From an uncultured delta proteobacterium (GTDB lineage Bacteria > Myxococcota > Myxococcia > Myxococcales > Myxococcaceae): 64,000 nt of DNA. The stretch is from positions 288,001-352,000 of the forward strand of contig CAWCKH010000004.1 of NCBI GenBank assembly GCA_963796055.1, read 5' to 3'. The notes beneath the pieces are model-generated. The model ran no database searches and was not told the DNA's origin. It was given only the letters and a program-made list of their open reading frames with translations. Positions 28,338 to 37,576 of the stretch are shown here, piece by piece. Position numbers and translations under genes: made by a program. Position 1 is the first letter of the stretch. The number at the start of each line of letters is the position of its first letter.

Positions 28338-28395
28338 ACGGTGAACCTCCTCACGCAAATCTTGGGAGGCCCTGGAATTCTGCAACCCCGTCGGT

Positions 28396-29460
28396 TCAGT
28401 CCCGGGTCTGCAGCAGCGGCAGGCCGATGCGGACCCGGAAGCCGGTCCCCACCCAGGGCTCCACCCGGAGCGTCCCGCCCGCCCGGTGGACAAGGGCCTC
28501 GCAGGTGGCGAGGTCCCCCTGGGGGGTCGGACAGCGGTCGGTCCGGGTGATGACCAGCTCGAGACGGCGGTCATCCGTGGTCATCGAGAGGAGGAGATCG
28601 CCGACGCGCGCGTACGACAGCCCCGGGCCGCGGGCCGTCTCCAGCAGGACCCGGACCAGCGCATGACGCAACCTGGGCTCGTCGGCGTGGACCAGCGCCG
28701 AGATCATCGGCTCCATCCGGACGCCACACGACCGCTTCACCTGCGAACCGGCCAGCCGGAGCGCGCTCTGCAGGCACGCGCCCGGATCCACCGGGCCCGG
28801 CAACGAGGCAACCGGTCGGAGGAACTCCCGTAGCTCCTGGACAGGCAAGTGAGCGGTGCGCGCCAGGAGCATGGCGATTGCCAGCACCCGCCCGCACTCC
28901 TGGAGCTCCAGCTCGGGGTCGCTGTCGGCGAGCGCTCCCACCTCGTCGGCCACGACTCCCATCAACCCGAGGAGCTGCTGCAGAGGAGCCTCGATCTCCT
29001 CGGCCAGCGCGGCGGCCAGAGCGCCGGCGAGACGCTCCCGCTCCACCATATCATCGAGCGGCGCCGTTGCCGCGCCGGTCCACTCGTGGCTGATGTAGCC
29101 GAAGTGCTGGGTCGGATCGTCGCCGATGGGAAACGGGAGCAGCCGGGTGGTGAACGACCGCAGCCCGTACGTGGTCGAGAGCTGCCACCGCACGTCCAGC
29201 GGCTTCCCCAGCTGGTGCGCCGCCTCGAGCGACATCAGCCAGGCCTGCACGAGCGCAGGGGGAATCCCCAGGTCCAGCGCCGAACGCCCGGCGACCTCGG
29301 ATGGGTCTCGTCCCACCTGCGCTGCGCTGGCCGCGTTCGCCTTGAGGAAGCGCGCGTCCTCTCCATTCCGGGAGAGCACCCCCATCGGGAGCGGGCCATG
29401 GCTGAAGAAGTCCTCCCAGGGAACCTGGTGGATGACTGCGTTCGACGGTGACTCGGGCAT
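28396..29460 (-). CDS. PAS-domain histidine-kinase-like protein with degenerate catalytic motifs
   Basis: PAS (FLKANAASAAQVGRDPSEVAGR). H-box position reads LAEEIEAPL. C-terminal HATPase-like HRAGGTLRVEPWVGTGFRVRIGLP. Confidence 0.65.
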   Translation of the reverse strand: MPESPSNAVIHQVPWEDFFSHGPLPMGVLSRNGEDARFLKANAASAAQVGRDPSEVAGRSALDLGIPPALVQAWLMSLEAAHQLGKPLDVRWQLSTTYGLRSFTTRLLPFPIGDDPTQHFGYISHEWTGAATAPLDDMVERERLAGALAAALAEEIEAPLQQLLGLMGVVADEVGALADSDPELELQECGRVLAIAMLLARTAHLPVQELREFLRPVASLPGPVDPGACLQSALRLAGSQVKRSCGVRMEPMISALVHADEPRLRHALVRVLLETARGPGLSYARVGDLLLSMTTDDRRLELVITRTDRCPTPQGDLATCEALVHRAGGTLRVEPWVGTGFRVRIGLPLLQTRD

Positions 29461-29645
29461 CTGCGGTGTGGGCCTCGGACGAAACGCGGCTGAGTACCCG
29501 CTCCCCGCCGTGAAGGCGAGGGGCACATAGAAGGCTCGCTTATCGGTTGGACCAGCGAGTTCCCGCTCGAGGGAACGAGGTCACACGAAAGTTGCGTGCG
29601 TGACCCCGGCCGCTCTGCCCTCGAGCGGCCGGGGCGCGCACGCTC

Positions 29646-30893
29646 TCAGAGCGAGTTCACGAACGCGAAGAGCGCCGTCTGCTGCTCGCCCGAGAGCCTG
29701 GCAAAGCGGTCTCGTGCCTTCCTGGCCTGACCATCGTGCGCCAGGATCGCCTCGGCGAGCGTCTTGGCCCGCCCGTCGTGCAGGTAGAGCGTCACCGCCG
29801 AGATGCCCCACAGCGGAGCGGTCCGGAACTCTCTGCCCCGCGCGTCTCCGATCTCGATCCCGTCGCCGAGCGACCCCATGTCGTGGAGCAGGAAGTCCGA
29901 GTACGGATGGAAGGTGACGTGGTTCAGCGCCGCCACCGCCGAATCTCCGGTCCGGAAGGTGTCCCAGTGGCAGTGAGAACACCCGAGGCTGGAGAAGACG
30001 CGCTTGCCGCCCCACGCCTCGGCCGTCAGCAGCTTTCGAGGAAACGGCGCGAGGAGGGACATGAAGTCCGCGAACTCCACCACCCCGGACCCGTCGTCGT
30101 TCAGCGTGGGCAGGGGGTTGCAGTCCAGGAGGGCGCAGTCGCCTCCCGGGCAGAGCTCGTCGGGGAACTCGGGGTTGGTGATGCCCATCTCGTTCAGGTA
30201 CGCGTCACCGGAGAACTGGTGCAGGGTGGTCTCCTGGTTCTTCCAGCCGAAGCGCCCGACCGCGGGCCGGTTTCTCTTGATGTCGTGCACCACCGCCACC
30301 CGTCCCGCCTCGTCGGGGAAGAGCGCGGCCTCGATGCGCGCCACGTAGTGGAAGGTGCTCTCCGCAACTGCGTCCACCAGGCCCAGCCCGAAGAGCGGCG
30401 TGGTCCGGCGCTGCGAGACCAGCGTCGCATCCGCCGGCACGGTCTCTGCCACGTAGTCACAGGCTCCGGTGGCGCCGATGCCCTTGGCCTGGATCAGCGA
30501 GCCGCCGGCGTGCGCAAGAGGGTCGAAGCGACCGTTCACCATCGTGCCGAAGCGCGTCTCCAGCAGCGCGCTGCCTCCGCCCACCGTCGGGACGCTGTGA
30601 CACCGGGCACACGAGGTGTCGTTGAACACCGGCCCGAGACCTTCCTCGGGCGTCTCGTCGGCCTCGAACTCCTCCTTCCCATCGGCGAACCGCTCGCGTT
30701 CGCCCTGCGTGAGACCAGAAAGCGCCTCTCCGGCTGCCGGTTGCAATCGCACGTGCAGCGCGGTTCCCTCCGGGTCCAGGTCCTGATCCGCCTCCGGTTC
30801 CGCCGGGGGTGAGCCGACGTTCCCGGGCCCGCACCCCGCCCCGGAGAGCAGGAGGACGAGCCCGACGGTCCTGGATGTCTGTACGAGTTTCAT
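29646..30893 (-). CDS. Di-haem oxidoreductase (DHOR/DUF1111-like) lipoprotein
   Basis: Lipobox-like LSGAG-C. Two CxxCH motifs (CARCH, CSHCH). GLGPVFN, PLFGLGL, GRFGWK, YSDFLLHDMG, FRTAPLWG, YLHDGRA. Confidence 0.88.
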   Translation of the reverse strand: MKLVQTSRTVGLVLLLSGAGCGPGNVGSPPAEPEADQDLDPEGTALHVRLQPAAGEALSGLTQGERERFADGKEEFEADETPEEGLGPVFNDTSCARCHSVPTVGGGSALLETRFGTMVNGRFDPLAHAGGSLIQAKGIGATGACDYVAETVPADATLVSQRRTTPLFGLGLVDAVAESTFHYVARIEAALFPDEAGRVAVVHDIKRNRPAVGRFGWKNQETTLHQFSGDAYLNEMGITNPEFPDELCPGGDCALLDCNPLPTLNDDGSGVVEFADFMSLLAPFPRKLLTAEAWGGKRVFSSLGCSHCHWDTFRTGDSAVAALNHVTFHPYSDFLLHDMGSLGDGIEIGDARGREFRTAPLWGISAVTLYLHDGRAKTLAEAILAHDGQARKARDRFARLSGEQQTALFAFVNSL

Positions 30894-31349
30894 GGGCCAC
30901 CTCTGTCCGATCCCCCCCATGCGAGCCGGTCCATCCGGCTCTCGGGCCCGTGTGAACCTCGTCGCTGTGCCCCCTCAAGGTTCGGTGTGGGAGAGGTCTC
31001 CGCCCCGCATGCGGAGAGCTTCCCTCACGCAGAGCGCGATGCGGGATCGACCCCTCGACCGGATCGCGTGCGTGGCGAAATTTCGCGCGAGACAATCGTT
31101 CTCCTTTGTTCCTCGGGGGGCGGACCCCACGATCGCCTCGGTTACTCGCTCGGCCGTCGCACGGCCGTCGGTACGGCGTTGCACTCTTTGCGGAGCGACC
31201 GGACGCAGACCCGCGCGCTCCTCGAGCGCGACATCGGGCCGAGTCGGACCTCGCAGATCACCCTGTTCCCGCCGACCGGGTCGACCTGCGCCCTGCCGCC
31301 CTGCCGCCCTGCCGCCCTTGGCCTGCGCCCACCCGAGCCGGAAGGCAGT

Positions 31350-31529
31350 AACGAATTTGTCGCCTTGTACTCAAGCTCAGACAATTTTGTCGTACGCGCC
31401 TTTGAGTCCCCGAACCTCAGGAGGCGCCGACCTTTTGGTCAGGTGCGGCCCCCCTCTCCGAGGATCTCGGGCCAGCGAGCGGTCCAGACAAAAACGTCGC
31501 GATGCTAATCAGTCGCTACAATTCTGTAG
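31350..31529. promoter_or_regulatory. Array of five imperfect palindromes GAC(A/C)-N4-(T/G)GTC; candidate enhancer (bEBP) sites for the nir promoter
   Basis: AACGAATTTGTC 31350, GACAATTTTGTC 31380, GACCTTTTGGTC 31429, GACAAAAACGTC 31487, TACAATTCTGTA 31517. The first two and last two are each 30 bp apart. Confidence 0.6.
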
Positions 31530-31583
31530 TGTGGCGTCCGGAGCACCACCCACCGCTCCGAGGAGAATGCGACGCGTCACGTG

Positions 31584-31599
31584 TGGCATCTCGCTTGCT
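31584..31599 (+). promoter_or_regulatory. Sigma-54 promoter of the nir operon (TGGCATC-N4-TTGCT)
   Basis: Near-consensus -24/-12, GG(31585-86)-N10-GC(31597-98). Confidence 0.8.
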
Positions 31600-31614
31600 G
31601 GAGTGCGTTGGCCC

Positions 31615-34152
31615 ATGACGAGGAAGGACGTGGTCGTCGTCGGCAACGGGATGGTGGGTCACCGCTTCATCGAGCTGCTGCTCGAGAGCGACCGCCGCGA
31701 CGACTGGGCCGTCACCACCTTCTGCGAGGAGCCGCGGCTCGCCTACGACCGGGTCAACCTCACCTCCTTCTTCGCCGGGAAGACCGCCGGCGACCTCTGC
31801 CTGGTGCCGCCCCACCGCTACGAGGATGCCGGGGTCACCGTGCACCTCGGCGACCGGGTCGCGGCCATCGATCGTCAGCGCAAGCGGGTACTGTCCGCAG
31901 AAGGAAGACGCATCCCGTACGACGTGCTGGTCCTGGCGACCGGCTCGGCGCCCTTCGTACCTTCCATCCCCGGCCGTGAGGCGTGGGGTTGCTTCGTCTA
32001 CCGCACCGTCGAGGACCTCAAGCGGATCCGGCTCTGGGCCGGGCAGGTCCAGACCGGAGTGGTCATCGGCGGAGGCCTGCTTGGCCTCGAGGCCGCCCAC
32101 GCCCTGACCCGCATGGGTCTGGAGACCCACGTCGTCGAGCTCGCACCCCGCCTCATGTCGATGCAGATCGACGACGGCGGCGCGGACATCCTCCGCGCGA
32201 AGATCGAGGCGCTCGGCGTCTCCGTCCACACCGGCAAGAAGACCAGTCGGATCGTCTCCCGTGGGGGCAGGGTCACCGAGATCCACTTCGCCGACGGCGG
32301 CGTGCTCGCCACCGAGATGGTCGTCTTCTCCGCCGGCATCAGCGCTCGCGACGAGCTGGCCCGGCAGAGCGGCCTGGCCATCGGCGAGCGCGGGGGCATC
32401 GTCATCGATGCGCACTGCCGGACCTCCGACCCGGAGATCCTCGCCATCGGAGAGTGCGCTCAGTACCGCGGCCGCACCTACGGCCTGGTCGGCCCCGGCT
32501 ACCAGATGGCCCGCACCGCCGTCGCCACTCTGACCGGCGGCGACGACCAGCTGGGCGTGTTCGACATGAGCACCAAGCTGAAGCTCATGGGCGTGGAGGT
32601 CGCGAGCTTCGGCGACGCCCACGGCACCCACCCCGGCGCCCGCGTCGTCGCCTTCACCGACTCGGTCTCCGGCATCTACAAGAAGCTCGTCCTCAGCTCC
32701 GACCGCCAGCGCCTCCTCGGCGGGGTGCTGGTCGGCGAGGCCTCGAGCTACGGACACCTCCTCTCGCTCACCCAGAGCAAGGCCGCGCTGCCACCGCAGC
32801 CCGAACAGCTCATTCTCCCCCGCATCGACGGAGGAGCGGCGCTGCCCGGGGTGGACGCCCTCCCCGAGGCGGCCACCATCTGCACGTGCCAGAACGTGGC
32901 CAAGGGCGTCATCTGCAAGGCCATCCGCGCCCGGGACCTGGGCTCCGTCGGGGCGATCAAGGCCGCCACCACCGCGGGCACCGGTTGCGGCTCCTGCGTC
33001 CCGCTCCTCGGCGAGCTCCTCACCCGGGAGATGAAGCGGGCCGGGAAGAAGGTCTCCAACCATCTCTGCGAACACTTCCCCCACTCCCGGCAGGAGCTTT
33101 TCCATCTGATCCGCGTGCACGGGATCCGCACCTTCGAGGCCGTCATCGGCCGGCACGGCCGCGGCTCCGGCTGCGAGATCTGCAAGCCCGCGGTTGCGTC
33201 CATTCTCTCCTCCACCTGGAACGAGCACGTGCTCGACGACCGCCATCTCGGGCTCCAGGACACCAACGATCGATTCCTGGCCAACATCCAGCGCGACGGC
33301 AGCTACTCGGTGGTCCCCCGCGTCCCGGGCGGGGAGATCGCCCCCGAGCAGCTCGTCGCCCTGGGCCAGACCGCGCGGAAGTACGGCCTGTACTCGAAGA
33401 TCACCGGCGCGCAGCGGGTGGACCTGTTCGGTGCGCGGCTGGAGCAGCTCCCGGAGATCTGGCGCGACCTGATCGCCGCGGGCTTCGAGTCCGGCCATGC
33501 CTACGGCAAGGCGCTCCGCACCGTGAAGTCCTGCGTCGGGAGCACCTGGTGCCGCTTCGGCGTGCAGGACTCGGTCAGCTTCGCCATCCGGCTGGAGAAT
33601 CGTTACAAGGGTCTGCGCGCGCCCCACAAGCTGAAGTCCGCGGTCTCCGGCTGCGCCCGGGAGTGCGCCGAGGCCCAGGGCAAGGACTTCGGGGTCATCG
33701 CCACCGAGAAGGGCTACAACCTCTACCTCTGCGGCAACGGGGGGATGAAGCCGCAGCACGCCCAGCTCTTCGCCACCGACCTGGATGAGGACACCCTCAT
33801 CCGGTACCTCGATCGCTTCCTGATGTTCTACGTGCGTACCGCCGACCGGCTGCAGCGCACGGCGGCCTGGTTCAACAACCTCGAGGGCGGCATCGAGTAC
33901 CTGCGCCAGGTCCTGATCGAGGACTCGCTGGGGATCTGCGCCGAGCTCGAAGCCGACATGGCGCACGTCGTGGACACCTACCGGTGCGAGTGGGCGGCCA
34001 CGCTCGACGACCCCACCAAGCTCGCTCGCTTCCGCAGCTTCGTGAACTCCTCCCAGCCGGACCCGAGCCTGGTCCGGATCCCACAGCGGGCGCAGCACCG
34101 GCCCGCCACCTGGGAGGAGAAGAGAGAGCTCGTGCCACAGGAGGCCGGATGA
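31615..34152 (+). CDS. nirB: NAD(P)H-dependent nitrite reductase large subunit
   Basis: VVVGNGMVG, GGGLLGLE, BFD-like CTCQNV..GTGCGSC and GCEICKP, DTNDRFLANIQ, RTVKSCVGSTWCRFG, SGCARECAE. Confidence 0.97.
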   Translation: MTRKDVVVVGNGMVGHRFIELLLESDRRDDWAVTTFCEEPRLAYDRVNLTSFFAGKTAGDLCLVPPHRYEDAGVTVHLGDRVAAIDRQRKRVLSAEGRRIPYDVLVLATGSAPFVPSIPGREAWGCFVYRTVEDLKRIRLWAGQVQTGVVIGGGLLGLEAAHALTRMGLETHVVELAPRLMSMQIDDGGADILRAKIEALGVSVHTGKKTSRIVSRGGRVTEIHFADGGVLATEMVVFSAGISARDELARQSGLAIGERGGIVIDAHCRTSDPEILAIGECAQYRGRTYGLVGPGYQMARTAVATLTGGDDQLGVFDMSTKLKLMGVEVASFGDAHGTHPGARVVAFTDSVSGIYKKLVLSSDRQRLLGGVLVGEASSYGHLLSLTQSKAALPPQPEQLILPRIDGGAALPGVDALPEAATICTCQNVAKGVICKAIRARDLGSVGAIKAATTAGTGCGSCVPLLGELLTREMKRAGKKVSNHLCEHFPHSRQELFHLIRVHGIRTFEAVIGRHGRGSGCEICKPAVASILSSTWNEHVLDDRHLGLQDTNDRFLANIQRDGSYSVVPRVPGGEIAPEQLVALGQTARKYGLYSKITGAQRVDLFGARLEQLPEIWRDLIAAGFESGHAYGKALRTVKSCVGSTWCRFGVQDSVSFAIRLENRYKGLRAPHKLKSAVSGCARECAEAQGKDFGVIATEKGYNLYLCGNGGMKPQHAQLFATDLDEDTLIRYLDRFLMFYVRTADRLQRTAAWFNNLEGGIEYLRQVLIEDSLGICAELEADMAHVVDTYRCEWAATLDDPTKLARFRSFVNSSQPDPSLVRIPQRAQHRPATWEEKRELVPQEAG

Positions 34153-34526
34153 CCGCCGTCGCGCTCCAGCCGGAGGCGTCGCAGTGGGAGGACGTCTGCG
34201 CCCTCGACCTCATCGTCCCCTGGACCGGCGTCTGCGCGCTGGTCGGCAGCCGGCAGGTCGCCATCGTGCGCACCGGCGATGCGGTCTACGCCATCGGCAA
34301 CTTCAATCCCTTCAGCAAGGCCTTCGTGCTCTCGCGGGGAATCGTCGGCGACAAGGGCGGCATCCCGAAGATCGCCTCTCCCATCTTCAAGCAGACCTTC
34401 GACCTGCGCACCGGCCGGTGCCTGGACAATCCGAAGATCCGCGTCCCCACCCACGAGGTCCGTGTCGAGCGCGGACGGGTCCTCGTGCACCGCGAACCGC
34501 GCCAGGGAGAACACGATGGAGCATGA
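34149..34526 (+). CDS. nirD: Nitrite reductase small subunit
   Basis: GVCALVG..QVAI, YAIGN.NPFSKA.VLSRGIVGD, IASPIFKQ.FDL.TG.CL. ATGA overlap. Confidence 0.95.
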   Translation: MTAVALQPEASQWEDVCALDLIVPWTGVCALVGSRQVAIVRTGDAVYAIGNFNPFSKAFVLSRGIVGDKGGIPKIASPIFKQTFDLRTGRCLDNPKIRVPTHEVRVERGRVLVHREPRQGEHDGA

Positions 34527-35352
34527 GACGATCGCCACCGCGGCCGCCGCCGCCCGGGCCAAGGCTGGACTGCTACGACATAGCCCGCTGCAGTACCTCG
34601 TCCTCTCCGCGCTGGCGGGCGCCTACGTCGGCCTGGGCATCGTGCTCATCTTCGCCATCGGCGCCCCGCTGGCAGCCGCCGGCTCCGGGGCGACGCGGGC
34701 GGTGATGGGCGCCTCGTTCGGGGTGGCCCTCACCCTGGTCATCTTCGCCGGCTCGGAGCTGTTCACCGGCAACAACCTCATCATGACCGTGGGCCTGCTC
34801 TCGCGGACGGCGAACGCAGCGGCGCTGACCCGGGTGTGGATCGCGAGCTTCCTCGGCAACCTCGCCGGTTCGCTGCTCCTGGCGCTGGCCACCGCGGCCT
34901 CGGGCGTGCTGAGCAAGTCCCCGGCGAAGGAGTTCGTGCTCGGGGTGGTGGCCGCCAAGATGGCCGCGCCGGCGAGCGAGCTGTTCTTCCGCGGCGTGCT
35001 CTGCAACGCGCTGGTGTGCCTCGCGGTGTGGATGGGGCTCCGGACCAAGGACGAGACCGCCCGGCTGGTCCTCATCTTCTGGTGCCTGTTCGCCTTCATC
35101 GGCGCGGGCTTCGAGCACAGCGTGGCGAACATGAGCCTGCTCGGCATCGGTCTGTTCCTGCCGCACGACCCGGCGCTGGTCTCCTGGGCCGGCTTCGTCC
35201 GGAACCTCATCCTGGTCACGGCAGGGAACATCGTCGGCGGGGCGATGCTCATCGGGCTCCCGTACTGGTTCGTGGCCCAGGGGCAACGACGGCTCCTCGC
35301 GGTCCGCACCGTCGAGGAGCCGGTGGCGGCGCAGGTGGCGGCCGCCCGATGA
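34516..35352 (+). CDS. nirC: Formate/nitrite transporter (NirC-like)
   Basis: AGSELFTGNN, GNLAGS, GVLCNALVCLAVW, GFEHSVANM, GNIVGG. Confidence 0.9.
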   Translation: MEHETIATAAAAARAKAGLLRHSPLQYLVLSALAGAYVGLGIVLIFAIGAPLAAAGSGATRAVMGASFGVALTLVIFAGSELFTGNNLIMTVGLLSRTANAAALTRVWIASFLGNLAGSLLLALATAASGVLSKSPAKEFVLGVVAAKMAAPASELFFRGVLCNALVCLAVWMGLRTKDETARLVLIFWCLFAFIGAGFEHSVANMSLLGIGLFLPHDPALVSWAGFVRNLILVTAGNIVGGAMLIGLPYWFVAQGQRRLLAVRTVEEPVAAQVAAAR

Positions 35353-36176
35353 GAGCGCGGATGTCGGGGGAGCGGGTGGTCCACTTCGAGTCCCGGCTCG
35401 GCGAGGAGCTGTCCGAGCTGGTGCGGCGCAGCGGAGGGGTCCCGGTCCGGGTGCCGGCGGTGGTCGAGCGCCGTCGCCCGGCCGGGGAGGAGGTCGCGGC
35501 GCTGCTCGACCTGCTCGGCGCGGAGGGACCGGCGGCGTTCGTCTTCTCCACCGGCGTGGGGGTCCAGGCGCTGTTCGACGAGGCCCGGGCGCTCGGACGG
35601 GCAACGGAGCTGCGGGACCTCGTCCAGCGCGGAGGCTCGGTCTGCCGCGGCCCCAAGGCGGTTGCCGCCCTCTACCGCGAGGGCATCGGTTCCTCGCTCC
35701 GGGCCCGCTCGCCCTACATCACGGGCGACCTCCTGGAGATCCTCGCCACGGTGGATCTCCGCGGCCTGACGATGGTGCTGGTTCACTACGGGGAGCGGAA
35801 CGAGCCGCTGGTGGAGGCGCTCACCGCGCGCGGGGCGGTGCTCCTCGAGCTGCTGCTCTATGGCTGGGAGCTCCCGGAGGACCCCACCCCGCTGGCGTAC
35901 GCGGCCGAGGCGCTGATCCAGGGAGAGTTCGCCGCCGCGGCGTTCACCACCCAGATCCAGGCCCGGCATCTGATGCAGGTCGCAACCTGGAGCGGACGGA
36001 ACGAGGAGCTGGTTCAGGCGATGCGCTCGCGCGTGGTGGTGGCCGCGATCGGGCCAACCTGCGCCCGCGTCCTCGAGGAGCTCGGGGTTCCGCCCCACGT
36101 GGTCCCCGATCCTCCGAAGATGGGGGCGATGCTCGACGCGCTGGTGGGCCGGCTCGCCTACCGGAGCGCCGCGTGA
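35349..36176 (+). CDS. hemD: Uroporphyrinogen-III synthase
   Basis: ESRLGEELSELVRRSGG.P, FSTGVG, CRGPK, Y.WELP, AAIGPTC, PKMGAM. Confidence 0.85.
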   Translation: MRARMSGERVVHFESRLGEELSELVRRSGGVPVRVPAVVERRRPAGEEVAALLDLLGAEGPAAFVFSTGVGVQALFDEARALGRATELRDLVQRGGSVCRGPKAVAALYREGIGSSLRARSPYITGDLLEILATVDLRGLTMVLVHYGERNEPLVEALTARGAVLLELLLYGWELPEDPTPLAYAAEALIQGEFAAAAFTTQIQARHLMQVATWSGRNEELVQAMRSRVVVAAIGPTCARVLEELGVPPHVVPDPPKMGAMLDALVGRLAYRSAA

Positions 36177-36739
36177 CGCTCTACCCCGCGTTCCTGAAGC
36201 TGTCGGGCCGCGAGGTGCTCCTGGTGGGCGGCGGGCGCGTGGCGGCGAGCAAGCTCCGCGGTCTGCTGGACGCGGGGGCCGACGTCACGGTGATCGCCCC
36301 GAGCATCCTCCCGGACCTGTGGCAACCGGGGGTGCGGCTCATCCGCCGCCGCTTCGAGCCGGGCGACGTGGATGGCTGCTGGTTCGTGGTCTCGGCGTCC
36401 ACCGCGGAGGTCAACCGGCAGGTGTCGGCGGCCGCGCGAGCCCGGCGGGTGTTCGTCAACGCCGTCGATGACGTCGATTCGGCCAGCGTCTACCTCGGCG
36501 GGGTGGTGCGGCGGGGAGCGGCCACGGTGGCCATCTCCACCGGAGGCCGGGCGCCGGCGCTGGCGGGGTTGCTCCGTGAGGCGCTGGAGCGGCTTCTGCC
36601 CGACGACCTCGGCGACTGGGTCACCTCGGCGGAGCGGCTCCGGGCGCGCTGGCGGGCCGAGGGCGTGAGCATGGAAGCCCGGCGGCCACTGCTGCTGCGG
36701 GTGCTGGAAGAGAAGTACGGCGGACGGGAGCCGGCGTGA
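36173..36739 (+). CDS. Precorrin-2 dehydrogenase / sirohydrochlorin ferrochelatase (CysG N-terminal type)
   Basis: YPAFLKL.GREVLLVGGGRVA..K, FVNAVDD, AISTGG.APALA. Confidence 0.9.
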   Translation: MTLYPAFLKLSGREVLLVGGGRVAASKLRGLLDAGADVTVIAPSILPDLWQPGVRLIRRRFEPGDVDGCWFVVSASTAEVNRQVSAAARARRVFVNAVDDVDSASVYLGGVVRRGAATVAISTGGRAPALAGLLREALERLLPDDLGDWVTSAERLRARWRAEGVSMEARRPLLLRVLEEKYGGREPA

Positions 36740-37515
36740 GTGGCCCGGGGCTGGTCTCGCTGGTCGGGGCAGGGCCCGGCGATCCGGAGCTGCTGACCCT
36801 GCGCGCGGTGGCCCGCCTGGCCGCCGCCGACGTCGTCTTCTACGACGCGCTGGTCGATCGGGCCGCGCTGAGGCTCGCGCCGCGGGCGCGCTGGGCGTTC
36901 GTCGGGAAGCGGGCAGGTCGGCCGTCGATCTCGCAGCGCACCATCGAGCGGCTGATGATCCGCCGGGCGCTCCGGGGCGAGCGGGTGGTGAGACTCAAGA
37001 GCGGCGACCCGTTCGTCTTCGGGCGTGGCGGGGAGGAGGCGCTGGCGCTGGCGGCGGCTGGGATCTCCTGTGAGGTGGTGCCCGGAGTCTCCGCGGCGGT
37101 GGCCGCTCCGGGCCTGTCGGGCATCCCGGTCACCCACCGCGGCCTGTCCGCGGCGTTCCTGGTCGTCTCCGGTCACGCCGAGGCAGCATTTGCCCCGGTC
37201 CTGCGATCGCTCGAGCCTGGGGCGGCGACCGTCGTGGTGCTGATGGGACTGCAGACCCGCGCCCTGCTCGCCGAGGCGCTGCTCGGCCGCGGCTGGGATC
37301 CGGCAACGCCCGCGGCCGTCCTGCTCGCCGCGGGGACCGCCGAGGCGCGCGCGTGGCGCGGCATACTGGCGGCCCTGGGCGGCTGCGAGCTCCCGGACCG
37401 GCATCCCGAGCTCCCGGGAGTGCTGGTGATCGGCGCGTCGGTGGCCGTCGCGGGTCAGATCGAAGGGCTCCGCGGCGGGCGCGAGGCCGGACGGGCGCGC
37501 GCCACCGGCGACTGA
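36736..37515 (+). CDS. cobA: Uroporphyrinogen-III C-methyltransferase
   Basis: LVGAGPGDPELLT, VVRLKSGDPFVFGRGGEE, GIPVTHR. Confidence 0.93.
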   Translation: MSGPGLVSLVGAGPGDPELLTLRAVARLAAADVVFYDALVDRAALRLAPRARWAFVGKRAGRPSISQRTIERLMIRRALRGERVVRLKSGDPFVFGRGGEEALALAAAGISCEVVPGVSAAVAAPGLSGIPVTHRGLSAAFLVVSGHAEAAFAPVLRSLEPGAATVVVLMGLQTRALLAEALLGRGWDPATPAAVLLAAGTAEARAWRGILAALGGCELPDRHPELPGVLVIGASVAVAGQIEGLRGGREAGRARATGD

Positions 37516-37576
37516 GACCAGGCGACTCGGCCCGCCCGGTGCCAAGGCCAGGGAGCCCACACTATCTTCCCCGGGC

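Noticed and set aside
30987..31508. 173-aa ORF between the di-haem gene and nirB
   Set aside because: No motifs, and it runs through the palindrome array, which is better explained as regulatory DNA.
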